The notes beneath the pieces are model-generated. The model made no database searches, was not told the DNA's origin, and worked only from the letters and a program-made list of their open reading frames with translations. 64,000 bases of DNA. Source: Spirochaetota bacterium (lineage in GTDB: Bacteria; Spirochaetota; UBA4802; UBA5550). Both the position numbers and the translations under genes were made by a program. The stretch is from NCBI GenBank assembly GCA_963664815.2, contig CAXXHB010000003.1, positions 2,336,001 through 2,400,000 of the forward strand, given 5' to 3'. Position 1 is the first letter of the stretch, and each line of letters starts with the position of its first letter. Of this stretch, positions 19,327 through 29,843 are shown piece after piece.

Positions 19327-20796
19327 TTATTTCTTTATTGTCATACCTGCAGTTTTTCTTACAAGGTTCTTTCTGAGTTTTATATCATACTGACTTGTAA
19401 TTGCAATCTGTTCCATAATTGGAGAACCGCCGCCATGATATCCGCCATAATTAAATACAGCACCCATCTTTGAGCATGCCATATCTGTATAATACAGCCA
19501 GAAACGAATCTGATCTTCAACAGTAAATTTGGCATTTCTGTTAAGGTATTTATCAATATATTTTTTAAGCTCAGGACTTGCCAGATCTGATTCATGTGGT
19601 AATGTTGCAGGAATACCGCCGGCTATCGCTGCAAGGATTTCCTGCTCATGGAACATCGCTTCACCTGTGAGGCAGCGTCCTACGTTACAATAAATTGCGT
19701 TTGGAATGCATGATCCCGGTCCAAAAGGCACCTGGCCGAAACCCGGGATATATACTTCAGGTTTTCCGAGATCTGAAGCTGTATATCCTGCTGCATACCC
19801 AAGCTCTGCAGTCATGATAAGTTCAGCAAGTTTCTCTTTTACATGAGATTCTTTTTCAATTCCGTTTATTTCAGCTGCTAATGCTGCAAGACCTGTCATC
19901 ATATCACCAACAGCAGGTTTGCAACCTGAATAACTGTGCCTGTGGAACAGAGCGAAAAGAAGTGCGCAAACGCCGCCAAGGAGATGTTCGCCACAGAGGA
20001 AAACTCTTTCCCATGGTACGAATACGTCGTCAAAAATTACATATGAATCAGTAAGACCGAAGTTGTGCTGTCTTTTAAAATGTTTTCTTCTGTCAACATT
20101 ATGCGGATCTATAATCTGTTTTACCCCTTCCCAGTCTCCGGGAATCGCAAAAGCTACAGCATAGTCTTTTTCATTTTCCATAAGGGCACGTGTAGGAAGA
20201 ACCAGAATCTCATCAACAACAGCAGCATTGGATATGTGAAGTTTGCAGCCCCTTACAACAATACCATCTGCTCTTCTTTCAACAACGTGCAGGTATTGAT
20301 CAGGATCTGTCTGCTCGCCCGGTCTTTTTAACCTTTCACCTTTAACGTCTGTCTGTGCGCATGTAGCTGTGAGGTCTTCTTTATGAAAGTTTGTAAGCCA
20401 TTTTGTAAAATTTTTATAATACTCAGTTTTACCGCCATTTGCCTTATCAGCTTCAAATGAAACAGCATTAATAGCATTGATAGCATCAGCACCCATACAA
20501 CGTCCTATACAGAAACCGACTTCACGTGTCAGCATCCTTGTCATATCCTGTTTTTTATGCAGATCATCAACATTCTGGTGAACATGTGAAAAACGGTTTA
20601 TTGTTTCTCCGGTTAAATGTGAAGTTGCAGTACAGAGATCCTTTGTTTCTGGATTGAACGCCGCATCAAATGTAACGCCAATAGTTTGTATTGATTCAGT
20701 TAACTGCTCATGGTCTCTTCCTACTATTTGTCCATCATAGTAGAGGTTCTTTTTCATCTTGTACAAACGTTCGATCCACTTCTCTTTGGTTATCAT
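19327..20796 (-). CDS. 4-hydroxybutyryl-CoA dehydratase / 4-HPA 3-hydroxylase family flavo-Fe-S protein (AbfD-like)
   Basis: CIGRC (CxxxC) and HRHSYSGCK provide the [4Fe-4S] ligand set; TDVKG, GIVVRGCK and HGGGSP also present. AGGAG precedes MITKEKW at 20796. Confidence 0.85.
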   Translation of the reverse strand: MITKEKWIERLYKMKKNLYYDGQIVGRDHEQLTESIQTIGVTFDAAFNPETKDLCTATSHLTGETINRFSHVHQNVDDLHKKQDMTRMLTREVGFCIGRCMGADAINAINAVSFEADKANGGKTEYYKNFTKWLTNFHKEDLTATCAQTDVKGERLKRPGEQTDPDQYLHVVERRADGIVVRGCKLHISNAAVVDEILVLPTRALMENEKDYAVAFAIPGDWEGVKQIIDPHNVDRRKHFKRQHNFGLTDSYVIFDDVFVPWERVFLCGEHLLGGVCALLFALFHRHSYSGCKPAVGDMMTGLAALAAEINGIEKESHVKEKLAELIMTAELGYAAGYTASDLGKPEVYIPGFGQVPFGPGSCIPNAIYCNVGRCLTGEAMFHEQEILAAIAGGIPATLPHESDLASPELKKYIDKYLNRNAKFTVEDQIRFWLYYTDMACSKMGAVFNYGGYHGGGSPIMEQIAITSQYDIKLRKNLVRKTAGMTIKK

Positions 20797-21223
20797 CTGC
20801 TTTCTCCTTATCTTAGTTTTCTTAATTTTCTTACAACCCAACTTTACTTTTTTAATAAAACCGATACAGTCAAGATTGTCTCTATATTTTTAACAATATT
20901 TATTGTATCACTTTATTTTAGTAATATGTTTAAATAGTTGCAACATGTTACACTATACTGTAAAAAAGTATAAGTTTATTCTGTCAAGTTTTTATCAATA
21001 ATAACTACAGATAGCTACTTTTTTTACTAAAATATTTAAAATTTTAATAAATTTTGAAATTAACTTTACATATTTATTGATTTGTCGACTTTTATCATAT
21101 TTTTGAGGTATTGAATCGATGAATTTAGTTACATTTAACAGGCAATTTATTAAACATATTTTATCAATTGTTTAATTTTTGCTGCCTGCAATATGTAATT
21201 TTTAATGCCTGAGAATAAAGAAA

Positions 21224-21904
21224 TTATTCCTCTTGAGAGTCGCGGCAGTTTTTAAGACGTATTTCATTTTGTACTGAATTTAACAGCGGACATGTATTTC
21301 TATCGGGGGGAACCGATCTAATACCATCAAGAATTGTATCTATAAGAGGATCAACATGTTCGACCAGATTTGAGGGTTCCCCAAGAAGAAGCCACCTGAT
21401 GCTGAGGTGTTCAATACATCCCAGTATCATAGACCTTACCAGAAGCGCATCAGTATTCTTTTTAAAAATACCACTGTCTATCCCCTCCTGTATTATACTC
21501 AGAAGTTTCCCCGCGACCTCACGAATCAGTTTATATGCATCAGTTTTTAAAAAATTCCTGTTGGATTTCAACTGCAGCATTATAAGAGCAGTATACTGGG
21601 CATTCTTCATATAAAGATTCATATACCCCTGCACCATTGCTCTTATCTTACTTTCGGTATCTCTCAGATACGGGAGGACAATCATCCACTCCCTGTAAGC
21701 CTCTTCCGTAATCTCCTCCGGAATTGCAAATAACAGCTCTTCCTTTGTTTTAAAATACTCATAAACCGTAGCTTCGGAAACATTTGCAGCCTTGCTTATT
21801 TCAGATATTGTAGAGTCCTGAAAACCCTTCTCGGCAAATATTACAAGAGCAGCCTGAATGATCTTGTTTCTTCTTACAACTCTTGGACTTGTATTTAACA
21901 TCAA
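21224..21904 (-). CDS. TetR/AcrR family regulator (FadR-like)
   Basis: IIQAALVIFAEKGF..STISEISKAANVSEATVYEYFKTKEELL helix-turn-helix. Confidence 0.92.
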   Translation of the reverse strand: MMLNTSPRVVRRNKIIQAALVIFAEKGFQDSTISEISKAANVSEATVYEYFKTKEELLFAIPEEITEEAYREWMIVLPYLRDTESKIRAMVQGYMNLYMKNAQYTALIMLQLKSNRNFLKTDAYKLIREVAGKLLSIIQEGIDSGIFKKNTDALLVRSMILGCIEHLSIRWLLLGEPSNLVEHVDPLIDTILDGIRSVPPDRNTCPLLNSVQNEIRLKNCRDSQEE

Positions 21905-22080
21905 ATACTCCTTTAATATATTAAGTTCCGGAGGTAAAAGATCAGACAGGTTTATCCGGAACCTGCATTATTTCCATTCAAATGGGAAAAAGATAATGCA
22001 CACCCTGTCAGGTATGATTCTGAAAGCAGAAATATCCATCACATCCGGAACTGCTTTAAAAAACAGGTTTTGAAAAAATT

Positions 22081-23217
22081 TTATCTCTTTTTCTTCGGCA
22101 GTATTACAACCTTTCTTTCACCTTCAACCAGCATTATAGCATCTGCCGGACAGGAAGCAGCACAAACACCGCATCCGATACAGGTATCAACAACCCTGTC
22201 TGCCTTCTTGTTGTCCTTCATGTACGCAGAACCGGTGTGGCATACCTCAACACACTTCCCGCAGCCGATACACGCATCCTGGTCAACAACTGCAAGATAA
22301 TTTGTTGCATTGGTTATGGGAACTATCATATTATCAACTGAATTTCCGCAGCAGCATCTGCAGCAGTTACAGATACTGGTTTCATCCTTGGTTATATCAA
22401 AGTTCGGATGGTAAGCTTTATGAACAAGCCCATCCTCTTCTGACTTTTTAAGCACCTGAAGAGCTTCCTCCTTTGTAATCATACGGGCAAATCCCTGTTC
22501 GGTTGTATAGTGAGCGGATTTTCCGAATGTGAAGCATGTCTCTCTCATATCCGTTACTTTGCACGGCGTTCCCAACACATCTTTATAATGGCGGCAGAAA
22601 CAGTGTCCGAGAGCTATCTCGTCATACTTCATTATAAGCTCTTCAACCCTCTGGGATGGCAGTATTTTATCCACATGTTCTTCAATTTGATGATTTATCT
22701 TAATTGTTTTACCTGTGGCCTTATTAACATGAACAGGAACCGTTCTATCCACAGGGGGCATATTTTTTAAAAATGGGATAAGGGCATCATATTTTTCCTG
22801 TACCATTTCATCCAGATCTTTGAACAGTTTAACAAAAAGCTGTGCAATTTCCCTGTTCCTGTCATTGAAATCCAGTTTGCCCATGAAAGTATATTCAAAG
22901 GTGCCGACGTTTAACAGAGGCAATAACCTGTAAACCAGTATTCCCTTGCTGTTAGGCTGATTGAAAATTACACCTTTTTTTGAAAGATCGTTTACCTTTT
23001 TTAATATTTCAGCTTCAGGAAGGCCTGTACTGATTTTAAGCTGATCGAGAGTTTGCGACTTCTGTTCTTTGTATGCTGCAATAAAATCAAGTTCATCTTC
23101 TTTAATAAAATATGTCAGCAGTTTTACAAGAGTATCATTGACAATAATATGCGTTCCGCCGGCTTTAGATATAATCTCCCCGGCTGTCAGGTATTTTTGC
23201 TCAATTGCTTTATCCAT
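22081..23217 (-). CDS. Iron-sulfur protein with C-terminal 2x[4Fe-4S] ferredoxin domain
   Basis: CFCRH, CNCCRCCC, CIGCGKCVEVC and CIGCGVCAASCP motifs. Confidence 0.88.
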   Translation of the reverse strand: MDKAIEQKYLTAGEIISKAGGTHIIVNDTLVKLLTYFIKEDELDFIAAYKEQKSQTLDQLKISTGLPEAEILKKVNDLSKKGVIFNQPNSKGILVYRLLPLLNVGTFEYTFMGKLDFNDRNREIAQLFVKLFKDLDEMVQEKYDALIPFLKNMPPVDRTVPVHVNKATGKTIKINHQIEEHVDKILPSQRVEELIMKYDEIALGHCFCRHYKDVLGTPCKVTDMRETCFTFGKSAHYTTEQGFARMITKEEALQVLKKSEEDGLVHKAYHPNFDITKDETSICNCCRCCCGNSVDNMIVPITNATNYLAVVDQDACIGCGKCVEVCHTGSAYMKDNKKADRVVDTCIGCGVCAASCPADAIMLVEGERKVVILPKKKR

Positions 23218-23995
23218 TTTTTTACTCCCGCTCCTTTATTTATTAATAGTTTTAATTTTTAAATAAACAGCCTGCTGATCTGAATCAGTAAATATCCCTT
23301 GTTTTTCAGTAAAAATATTATAATCTTCACAACGTCAGCGACACCGATTTGTTGGTTATCTTTATATTTACACTATAAAATCAAATCCGGAATTATAACT
23401 GAATCTTAATATATCTTCAAAAATTATAAATTTTGAATCAAGCATTTTATATCATTATCGAAATAAACAGGTTAAATCATATGCATAATCAGATTATTGC
23501 ACCTAATCATTACCAGCGTTCATGTATAGAATACTGTTTTTAAATTTACCCTGATTTTGCAATTATTTTTTAAAAATCCATAGCATTTATTTATTTTTTT
23601 TAATTTTTCTATTGACACAGACTGAATAGACTTTGCAATTCAAAGTGTTGCTATATGTTTTCATTATTATATAAAGAAAACAACTAAAAATGGTTATTTT
23701 TAATAAAAAAATAAACTTTCAGATTAAACTTCAGAGAGATGAAACAGTTCATTTTATATCAACCGCTTCACCGGCGCAGACCAGTTTCAATCACCCTGAA
23801 AAAAAACCGGAAAATAATATAATTTTCCATCCCGGCTGTTATCAAAACTCCGGGCGTTATATTACAACTGAAGATGCGGGCCTTTGCTGCTCTTTAATCT
23901 TCACTTTAAAACAGCATATACGGCAGTTTTAAAAAAATATAGACAAATATATTTTATGTTTAAAATTGCCATTAATAATTTTTTAAGGAGAGTGT

Positions 23996-24904
23996 ATGAA
24001 TATAAATGATATTAAAAAAGTAGTTATTCTCGGTGCAGGTACCATGGGTCAGCAGATCAGTATTCCGTGCGCACTCGGTGGTTATGATGTAGTTATTTAT
24101 GATATCAGCGAAGATGCTCTTCAGAAAGCCCTCAAGGGTATTCCGGAGATAATGGCAGCGATGATTGCCAATAAAAGACTTACACAGTCCGAGGCGGACG
24201 CCTTAATTAAACGTATAACAACAACTTCAAATCCAGAGGTAGCTGCAAAGGATGCTGATCTTATAAATGAATCAGTTCCCGAAGTACCTGAGCTTAAAGT
24301 AAAGGTTTTCTCACAGTTTAACAAGCTCTGTCCGGAACGTACCATCTTTACAACAAACACCTCATCTCTGCTCCCTTCAAAGTTTGCTGATGCCACTGGA
24401 AGACCTGAGAAATTTCTTTCACTTCACTATCACGACACAACTGTAACAGATGTTGTAGATATAATGCCTCACCCCGGAACTTCAAAAGAAATAATTGAGA
24501 TTGTGCGACAGTTTGCAGTTAAAACCGGACAGATTCCGATTATGATGAAAAAGGAAAACTCAGGTTACGTTTTCAACTATATGATGGGAGCCGTTTATAC
24601 AACCGCACTATCGCTTGTATCAAGAAACGTAGTTTCAGTTGAAGATGTGGACAGAGCATGGATGGGGGTCACTCATATGCCCTACGGCCCGTTCGGAATT
24701 ATGGATAATATCGGCCTGGATACGATGTATCATGTAACCGAATTCTGGGCTGAAAAAACACAGGAACCCCGTCAGCTGCAGAATGCTGTTTATCTTAAAA
24801 AATATATAGAAGCCGGAACTCTCGGAAGAAAGGTAAAAAAAGGATTCTACACTTACCCTAATCCAGCCTATGAGCATCCGGATTTTCTTAAACAGGCAAA
24901 ATAA
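23996..24904 (+). CDS. 3-hydroxyacyl-CoA dehydrogenase
   Basis: GAGTMG, INESVPE, NTSSL, GYVFN and GPFGIMD motifs. Confidence 0.93.
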   Translation: MNINDIKKVVILGAGTMGQQISIPCALGGYDVVIYDISEDALQKALKGIPEIMAAMIANKRLTQSEADALIKRITTTSNPEVAAKDADLINESVPEVPELKVKVFSQFNKLCPERTIFTTNTSSLLPSKFADATGRPEKFLSLHYHDTTVTDVVDIMPHPGTSKEIIEIVRQFAVKTGQIPIMMKKENSGYVFNYMMGAVYTTALSLVSRNVVSVEDVDRAWMGVTHMPYGPFGIMDNIGLDTMYHVTEFWAEKTQEPRQLQNAVYLKKYIEAGTLGRKVKKGFYTYPNPAYEHPDFLKQAK

Positions 24905-24921
24905 TTACAGAGGAGATAATA

Positions 24922-25686
24922 ATGAAAGCAAATTTTGATCTTACAGGTAAAGTAGCAATAGTAACCGGCGCAAGCCGCGGGATTGGCGAAGAGATAGCCA
25001 AAACCCTAGCTGCACATGGTGCAAAGGTTGTTATAACAAACAAAAATATTGAAGGTCTGCCGGAAGTTGAAGCAAAGATTAAAGCTGCCGGTGGTGAAGT
25101 AACTGCAATGACATGCCATAACGGAATTATGGCAGATATAGACAGACTCATGAAAGACGTTGAAGCAAAATATGGCAGGCTTGACATACTCGTAAATAAT
25201 GCAGCAGCAAATTTCTATTATGGCGAGATGATCGGAGCTGATGAGACTGTATGGGACAAAACAATGGAAGTCAATCTTAAAGGAACTTTCTTTATGAGCC
25301 AGTACGCAATGAAGCTTATGTTAAAATCCGGCGGCGGCTCAATTATCAATATAGCATCAGTAAATGGTATCGTACCGGCTGCCATGCAGGGAGTATATTC
25401 AATAACAAAAGCCGGCGTTATCTCAATGACCAAAGGATTTGCAAAAGAACTCGGACAGAAGGGAATCAGGGTCAATGCAGTCTGTCCAGGTCTGACAGAT
25501 ACAAAATTCGCAGCAGTTATGGTTCATAACGACGATCTTATGGAAAAAGAACTCCTCCCGAGAATTCCCATGCACCGTGCTGCTCAGCCCGATGAAATGA
25601 CAGGAGTTGTTGTATTCCTTGCATCTGAAGCCTCTTCATTTATGACAGGTTCAATAGTTGTAGTTGACGGCGGACAGACAGCGTAA
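24922..25686 (+). CDS. Short-chain dehydrogenase/reductase
   Basis: TGASRGIG, NNAA and YSITK (YxxxK) motifs. Confidence 0.93.
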   Translation: MKANFDLTGKVAIVTGASRGIGEEIAKTLAAHGAKVVITNKNIEGLPEVEAKIKAAGGEVTAMTCHNGIMADIDRLMKDVEAKYGRLDILVNNAAANFYYGEMIGADETVWDKTMEVNLKGTFFMSQYAMKLMLKSGGGSIINIASVNGIVPAAMQGVYSITKAGVISMTKGFAKELGQKGIRVNAVCPGLTDTKFAAVMVHNDDLMEKELLPRIPMHRAAQPDEMTGVVVFLASEASSFMTGSIVVVDGGQTA

Positions 25687-25698
25687 TTATAACACAAT

Positions 25699-25738
25699 TT
25701 ATATACAGGGATGAGATTTATCGCGTCCCTGTATATAA
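25699..25738. terminator. Hairpin between convergent SDR and ABC-F genes
   Basis: TTATATACAGGGA...TCCCTGTATATAA inverted repeat. Confidence 0.65.
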
Positions 25739-27544
25739 TTATATCTGTTTTTCATTCTTCATCTTCTCTTCAAGGTCCATCCATCTTTCAAAGAGTGACT
25801 CAAGTGCTGAATCAAGACCTTCAATCTCCCTGTTTACTTCACCGGCTTTGTGTGCCTGCTGTTTAAAAAAGTCAGGATCATGAAGCATTGCAACAAGTTC
25901 CTCTTTTCTTTTTTCAAGGGTTGATATTTCATCCGGAATAGTTTCAAATTCCCTTTTCTCTTTGAATGTCATTTTTGTTTTTTCCGGTTGTTTCTTCTCC
26001 CTCTGTACAGGTTTTTCCCTGACCTCTTTCACGACTGTTCTCTGCCTCAGCCAGTCATCGTAGCCGCCGGCATATTCCCTTACAGCGCCATTCCCCTCAA
26101 AGGCTATTGTGCTTGTTACTACATTGTTCAGAAACTCCCTGTCATGACTTACCACAATAAGTGTTCCCTCATATTCAACAAGCAGCTCTTCAAGAAGTTC
26201 AACAGTTTCCAGATCAAGATCATTAGTCGGTTCGTCCATTATCAGCAGATTAAACGGCCTGGCAAAAAGCCTGGCAAGCATCAGCCTGTTCTTCTCCCCG
26301 CCTGATAGTACCCCCACTTTTTCATCAGCCCTGTCGGGCGCAAAGAGAAAATCCTGCAGGTAACCTATTACATGCCTGTTTTTGCCGTTGAACTCAATAA
26401 TATCATTTCCGTCGGTTACATTCTGCCGTATTGTACGCTCATCGTCGAGCTGGTCTCTCAGCTGATCAAAATACGCTGTTTCAAGTCTGGTTCCATGTTT
26501 TACTCTGCCGGAGTTCATCTCCAGCTGCCGGAGGAGAAGCTTAATAAGTGTGCTTTTACCGCATCCATTGGGACCGATAATCCCCACTTTATCTCCCCGC
26601 ATTATTGTCGTGGAGAAATCTTTTATAATTTTATTATCATCATATCCGAATGATATGTTTTCAGCTTCAATAACAAGTTTTCCGGAACGTTCACCCTGTA
26701 TCCTTTCAAGCTTTACAACCCCCTGCTGCTCAAGGCGTTTACTCCTTTCAACCCTCAGAGCTTTCAAAGCCCTTACACGCCCCTCGTTTCTTGTACGGCG
26801 CGCCTTGATACCCTTCCTTATCCAGATCTCCTCCTGCTCAAGCTTTTTGTCAAAGAGTGCGTTCTGTATCTCTTCCGATTCAAGCCAGGCCTCCTTTCTT
26901 TTAAGAAAAGTCTGGTAATCACAGTTCCAGTCGAATATATTTCCACGGTCAATTTCCAGTATCCGCACGGCAACCTTCTGTAAAAAAGCCCTGTCATGAG
27001 TAACAAAGAAGACTGTTTTTTCATATCTTACAAGAAAATCCTCCAGCCACCTTATCGAATCAATATCAAGATGATTTGTCGGTTCATCGAGAAGAAGAAT
27101 ATCGGGATCATTTACAAGCGCCTGCCCCAGCAGAACGCGGCGCTTCATTCCTGCCGAAAGTGACTGGAATTCAGGTGAGGTATCAAGAGACATCTGGGAT
27201 ACAACCCTCTCTATCTGCCTGATGTGTTTCTGTTCAAGATGATCACGATGTACAACATACCCGTAATCAACAATTCCCCGTGCAAGTACAGAGTAGACAT
27301 CTCCGGTAATACCATCCGGTACCTCCTGCTGAAGAATTGATGTGCGAAGATCCCTGCTGCGGAAGATCTTACCCGAATCCGGTTCCACAAGCCCATGTAT
27401 TACCTTCATCAGCGTTGACTTCCCCGCGCCGTTTCTCCCCAGAAGAGATATCTTCTCCCCTTCATGGATCTGAATGTTCAGCCCGTTCAGAAGATTCGGA
27501 CCGCCGAATGATAATGATACATCCTGAAAATTTATCAGTGCCAT
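25739..27544 (-). CDS. uup: ABC-F family ATPase, Uup-like
   Basis: Two ABC domains, the interdomain linker IKARRTRNEGRVRAL, and a C-terminal coiled coil ending ERWMDLE. Confidence 0.88.
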   Translation of the reverse strand: MALINFQDVSLSFGGPNLLNGLNIQIHEGEKISLLGRNGAGKSTLMKVIHGLVEPDSGKIFRSRDLRTSILQQEVPDGITGDVYSVLARGIVDYGYVVHRDHLEQKHIRQIERVVSQMSLDTSPEFQSLSAGMKRRVLLGQALVNDPDILLLDEPTNHLDIDSIRWLEDFLVRYEKTVFFVTHDRAFLQKVAVRILEIDRGNIFDWNCDYQTFLKRKEAWLESEEIQNALFDKKLEQEEIWIRKGIKARRTRNEGRVRALKALRVERSKRLEQQGVVKLERIQGERSGKLVIEAENISFGYDDNKIIKDFSTTIMRGDKVGIIGPNGCGKSTLIKLLLRQLEMNSGRVKHGTRLETAYFDQLRDQLDDERTIRQNVTDGNDIIEFNGKNRHVIGYLQDFLFAPDRADEKVGVLSGGEKNRLMLARLFARPFNLLIMDEPTNDLDLETVELLEELLVEYEGTLIVVSHDREFLNNVVTSTIAFEGNGAVREYAGGYDDWLRQRTVVKEVREKPVQREKKQPEKTKMTFKEKREFETIPDEISTLEKRKEELVAMLHDPDFFKQQAHKAGEVNREIEGLDSALESLFERWMDLEEKMKNEKQI

Positions 27545-27550
27545 ATATTG

Positions 27551-29185
27551 TTACAGAGCCAGCCTGTTATGTCCGTGATACATTTTATCTCTTATAGACT
27601 TTATATCATCGCTTGCCAGGTATTCCTCGAAATTCATCCTTCTGTCTATAATTCCATCAGGTGTTATTTCAATAATCCTGTTCGCAACGGTTTCAACAAA
27701 CTCGTAATCGTGCGAAGTAAAAAGCACTACCTCGGGAAATTTTATCAGTGCATTGTTCAGGGATGTAATAGCTTCAAGATCAAGATGATTGGTCGGCTCA
27801 TCCAGTATAATTGCGTTTGCCCCGGAAAGCATCATACGTGAAAGCATACATCGCACCTTCTCCCCTCCGGAGAGAACCTTTATGCTCTTAAGTGACTCTT
27901 CTCCGGTAAACAGCATTCTCCCTAAAAAACCTCTCGCATAAGATTCATCCTTGCTGTCGGTAAACTGTCTTATCCACTGCAAAACTGAATAATCGCTTTC
28001 AAAATATGAGTTGTTCTCTTTCGGGAAATATGAAGTAGAGATAGTCTCTCCCCATCTAAACGTTCCTGAATCCTGTCTGGACTCGCCGGTAAGTATCTGA
28101 AACAGCGTTGTCTGAACAACATGGCTCCATGCAAGAAAGACTATTTTATCATCTTTCTCCACTCTGAAAGTCAGGTCCTTAATTATCTGCAGTCCATCGA
28201 CATTCTTATTCAGATTTTCTATCTCAAGAATAATCTTGCCGCACTCACGCTCCGGTTTGAACTCAATAAATGGATATTTTCTTGAAGAAGGCTTGATATC
28301 CTCCAGCGTAAGCTTTTCCAGAAGCTTTTTTCGCGATGTTGCCTGGCGCGCCTTTGATGCATTTGAACTGAACCGTTCAATGAATGACTTCAGCTCCTTT
28401 CTTTTATCTTCAATTTTTTTATTCTCATCCCTTTTCTGAGTCATGGCAAGCTCGCTCGCCTGGACCCAGAATGCATAATTTCCCACAAAGAGCTGAATCT
28501 TTCCGAAATCTATATCCGCAATATGTGTGCATACATTGTTCAGAAAATGCCTGTCATGGCTTACTACAATAACTGTATTTCTGAAGTTCATCAGATAATC
28601 TTCCAGCCATGTAACAGACTCAAGGTCAAGGTGATTGGTAGGTTCATCAAGAAGAAGAATGTCGGGACTTCCGAAAAGCGCCTGCGCCAGAAGCACCTTA
28701 ACCTTCTCTCCCCCCTCAAGCTCCTTCATCTTTTTTTTATGAAGCTTATCATCAACACCAAGCCCCTTCAGAAGAGTAGCAGCCTCGCTCTCCGCATCAT
28801 AACCGTTAAATTTCTCAACAAGTTCCTCAAGTTCCGAAGCCCTTATTCCATCTTCATCGGAGAAATCATCCTTGGCATAAATCTCGTTTCTCTCATTGAG
28901 CACATCAAAAAGCTCTTTATGCCCCATGATAACAGTATCTATAACCTCAAATTCATCAAAAGCAAACTGGTCCTGCCTTAAAATTGCTATTCTTTCATTG
29001 GCATCAACCTGGACTTCCCCGGTTGTCTGTTCAATTTCCCCGGAAACGATTTTCAGAAAAGTCGACTTCCCCGCTCCGTTAGCCCCGATAAGCCCGTAAC
29101 AGTTACCCGGCCTGAACTTTATATTTACATCCTTGAAAAGAATTCTCTTCCCGTAGGCTAAGGTTAAATTATTTACCTGAAGCAT
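27551..29185 (-). CDS. ABC-F family ATPase, YbiT/YkpA-like
   Basis: GNCYGLIGANGAGKST, RQDQFAFDE, FSSNASKARQATSRKK; degenerate second Walker A. Confidence 0.88.
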   Translation of the reverse strand: MLQVNNLTLAYGKRILFKDVNIKFRPGNCYGLIGANGAGKSTFLKIVSGEIEQTTGEVQVDANERIAILRQDQFAFDEFEVIDTVIMGHKELFDVLNERNEIYAKDDFSDEDGIRASELEELVEKFNGYDAESEAATLLKGLGVDDKLHKKKMKELEGGEKVKVLLAQALFGSPDILLLDEPTNHLDLESVTWLEDYLMNFRNTVIVVSHDRHFLNNVCTHIADIDFGKIQLFVGNYAFWVQASELAMTQKRDENKKIEDKRKELKSFIERFSSNASKARQATSRKKLLEKLTLEDIKPSSRKYPFIEFKPERECGKIILEIENLNKNVDGLQIIKDLTFRVEKDDKIVFLAWSHVVQTTLFQILTGESRQDSGTFRWGETISTSYFPKENNSYFESDYSVLQWIRQFTDSKDESYARGFLGRMLFTGEESLKSIKVLSGGEKVRCMLSRMMLSGANAIILDEPTNHLDLEAITSLNNALIKFPEVVLFTSHDYEFVETVANRIIEITPDGIIDRRMNFEEYLASDDIKSIRDKMYHGHNRLAL

Positions 29186-29499
29186 TATACCTTCTCTTGA
29201 TTATTATTATATTTTACTGCTGTTTTGATTGCTCTTCCCGAATTGCATAAAATGAAACGAAGATTGCCGGTACAGTAAGTATCTTACAATCAATTATTAT
29301 GCATCACGATGTCAATCTTTTTACCTGATTAAATCAGCGATTTCACCAGATAGCGGTTTTTTGTATGACAGGTACTTTTTCCGCGGGATTACTGAGTCAA
29401 TGCCCCCGTAATCCCACGCAGCACGCTTATGAGAAGCATACTCCCCCCTTAAAATAAATTGCTGCCTTTAGCGGAGATTATAAAAAAAAACTTTTTATC

Positions 29500-29530
29500 T
29501 TGACAGCAGTTTTGATGATAAATATATGGA
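29500..29530 (+). promoter_or_regulatory. Putative sigma70 promoter for the tRNA pair
   Basis: TTGACA at 29500-29505 with an AT-rich -10 region just before tRNA-Cys and an A/T-rich upstream element. Confidence 0.5.
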
Positions 29531-29540
29531 AAGTCAAAAT

Positions 29541-29612
<72 letters not shown>

Positions 29613-29655
29613 ATAAACTTATCTTTCACAGATAAGTCTCTTTTTTTAGTATTAT

Positions 29656-29742
29656 GCCCAGGTGGTGGAACTTGGTAGACACAAGGGACTTAAAATCCCT
29701 TGGCCCTTAGCGGCCGTGCGGGTTCAATTCCCGCCCTGGGCA
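29656..29742 (+). tRNA. tRNA-Leu (TAA)
   Basis: GCCCAGG/CCTGGGC acceptor stem, AGGGA-CTTAAAA-TCCCT anticodon arm, long variable arm, GGTTCAATTCC. Confidence 0.95.
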
Positions 29743-29744
29743 AA

Positions 29745-29777
29745 GAAACCTCTGATTTAATCAGAGGTTTTTCTTTT
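29745..29777 (+). terminator. tRNA operon terminator, also the left attachment-site repeat
   Basis: AAACCTCTGATT-T-AATCAGAGGTTT hairpin followed by a T tract. Confidence 0.8.
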
Positions 29778-29843
29778 CCTTCTTCAGCTCCGTTAATCGG
29801 AGTTTGATTTCCGGAAACCCGTTGCACATATATTGCACAGTTT

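Noticed and set aside
23612-23642. TGAAT-N10-ATTCA near a TTGACA upstream of the hydroxyacyl-CoA dehydrogenase as a FadR/TetR box
   Set aside because: Only 5-bp arms, spacing differs from the known box, and no second copy was found.
23690-23932. 80-aa ORF upstream of the dehydrogenase
   Set aside because: No RBS or recognisable motif; probably untranslated leader.
28100-28145. Degenerate second Walker A (AWSHVVQTT) in the ABC-F protein as a sign of pseudogenisation
   Set aside because: The frame is intact, and to my knowledge a degenerate second Walker A is common in YkpA-like members.
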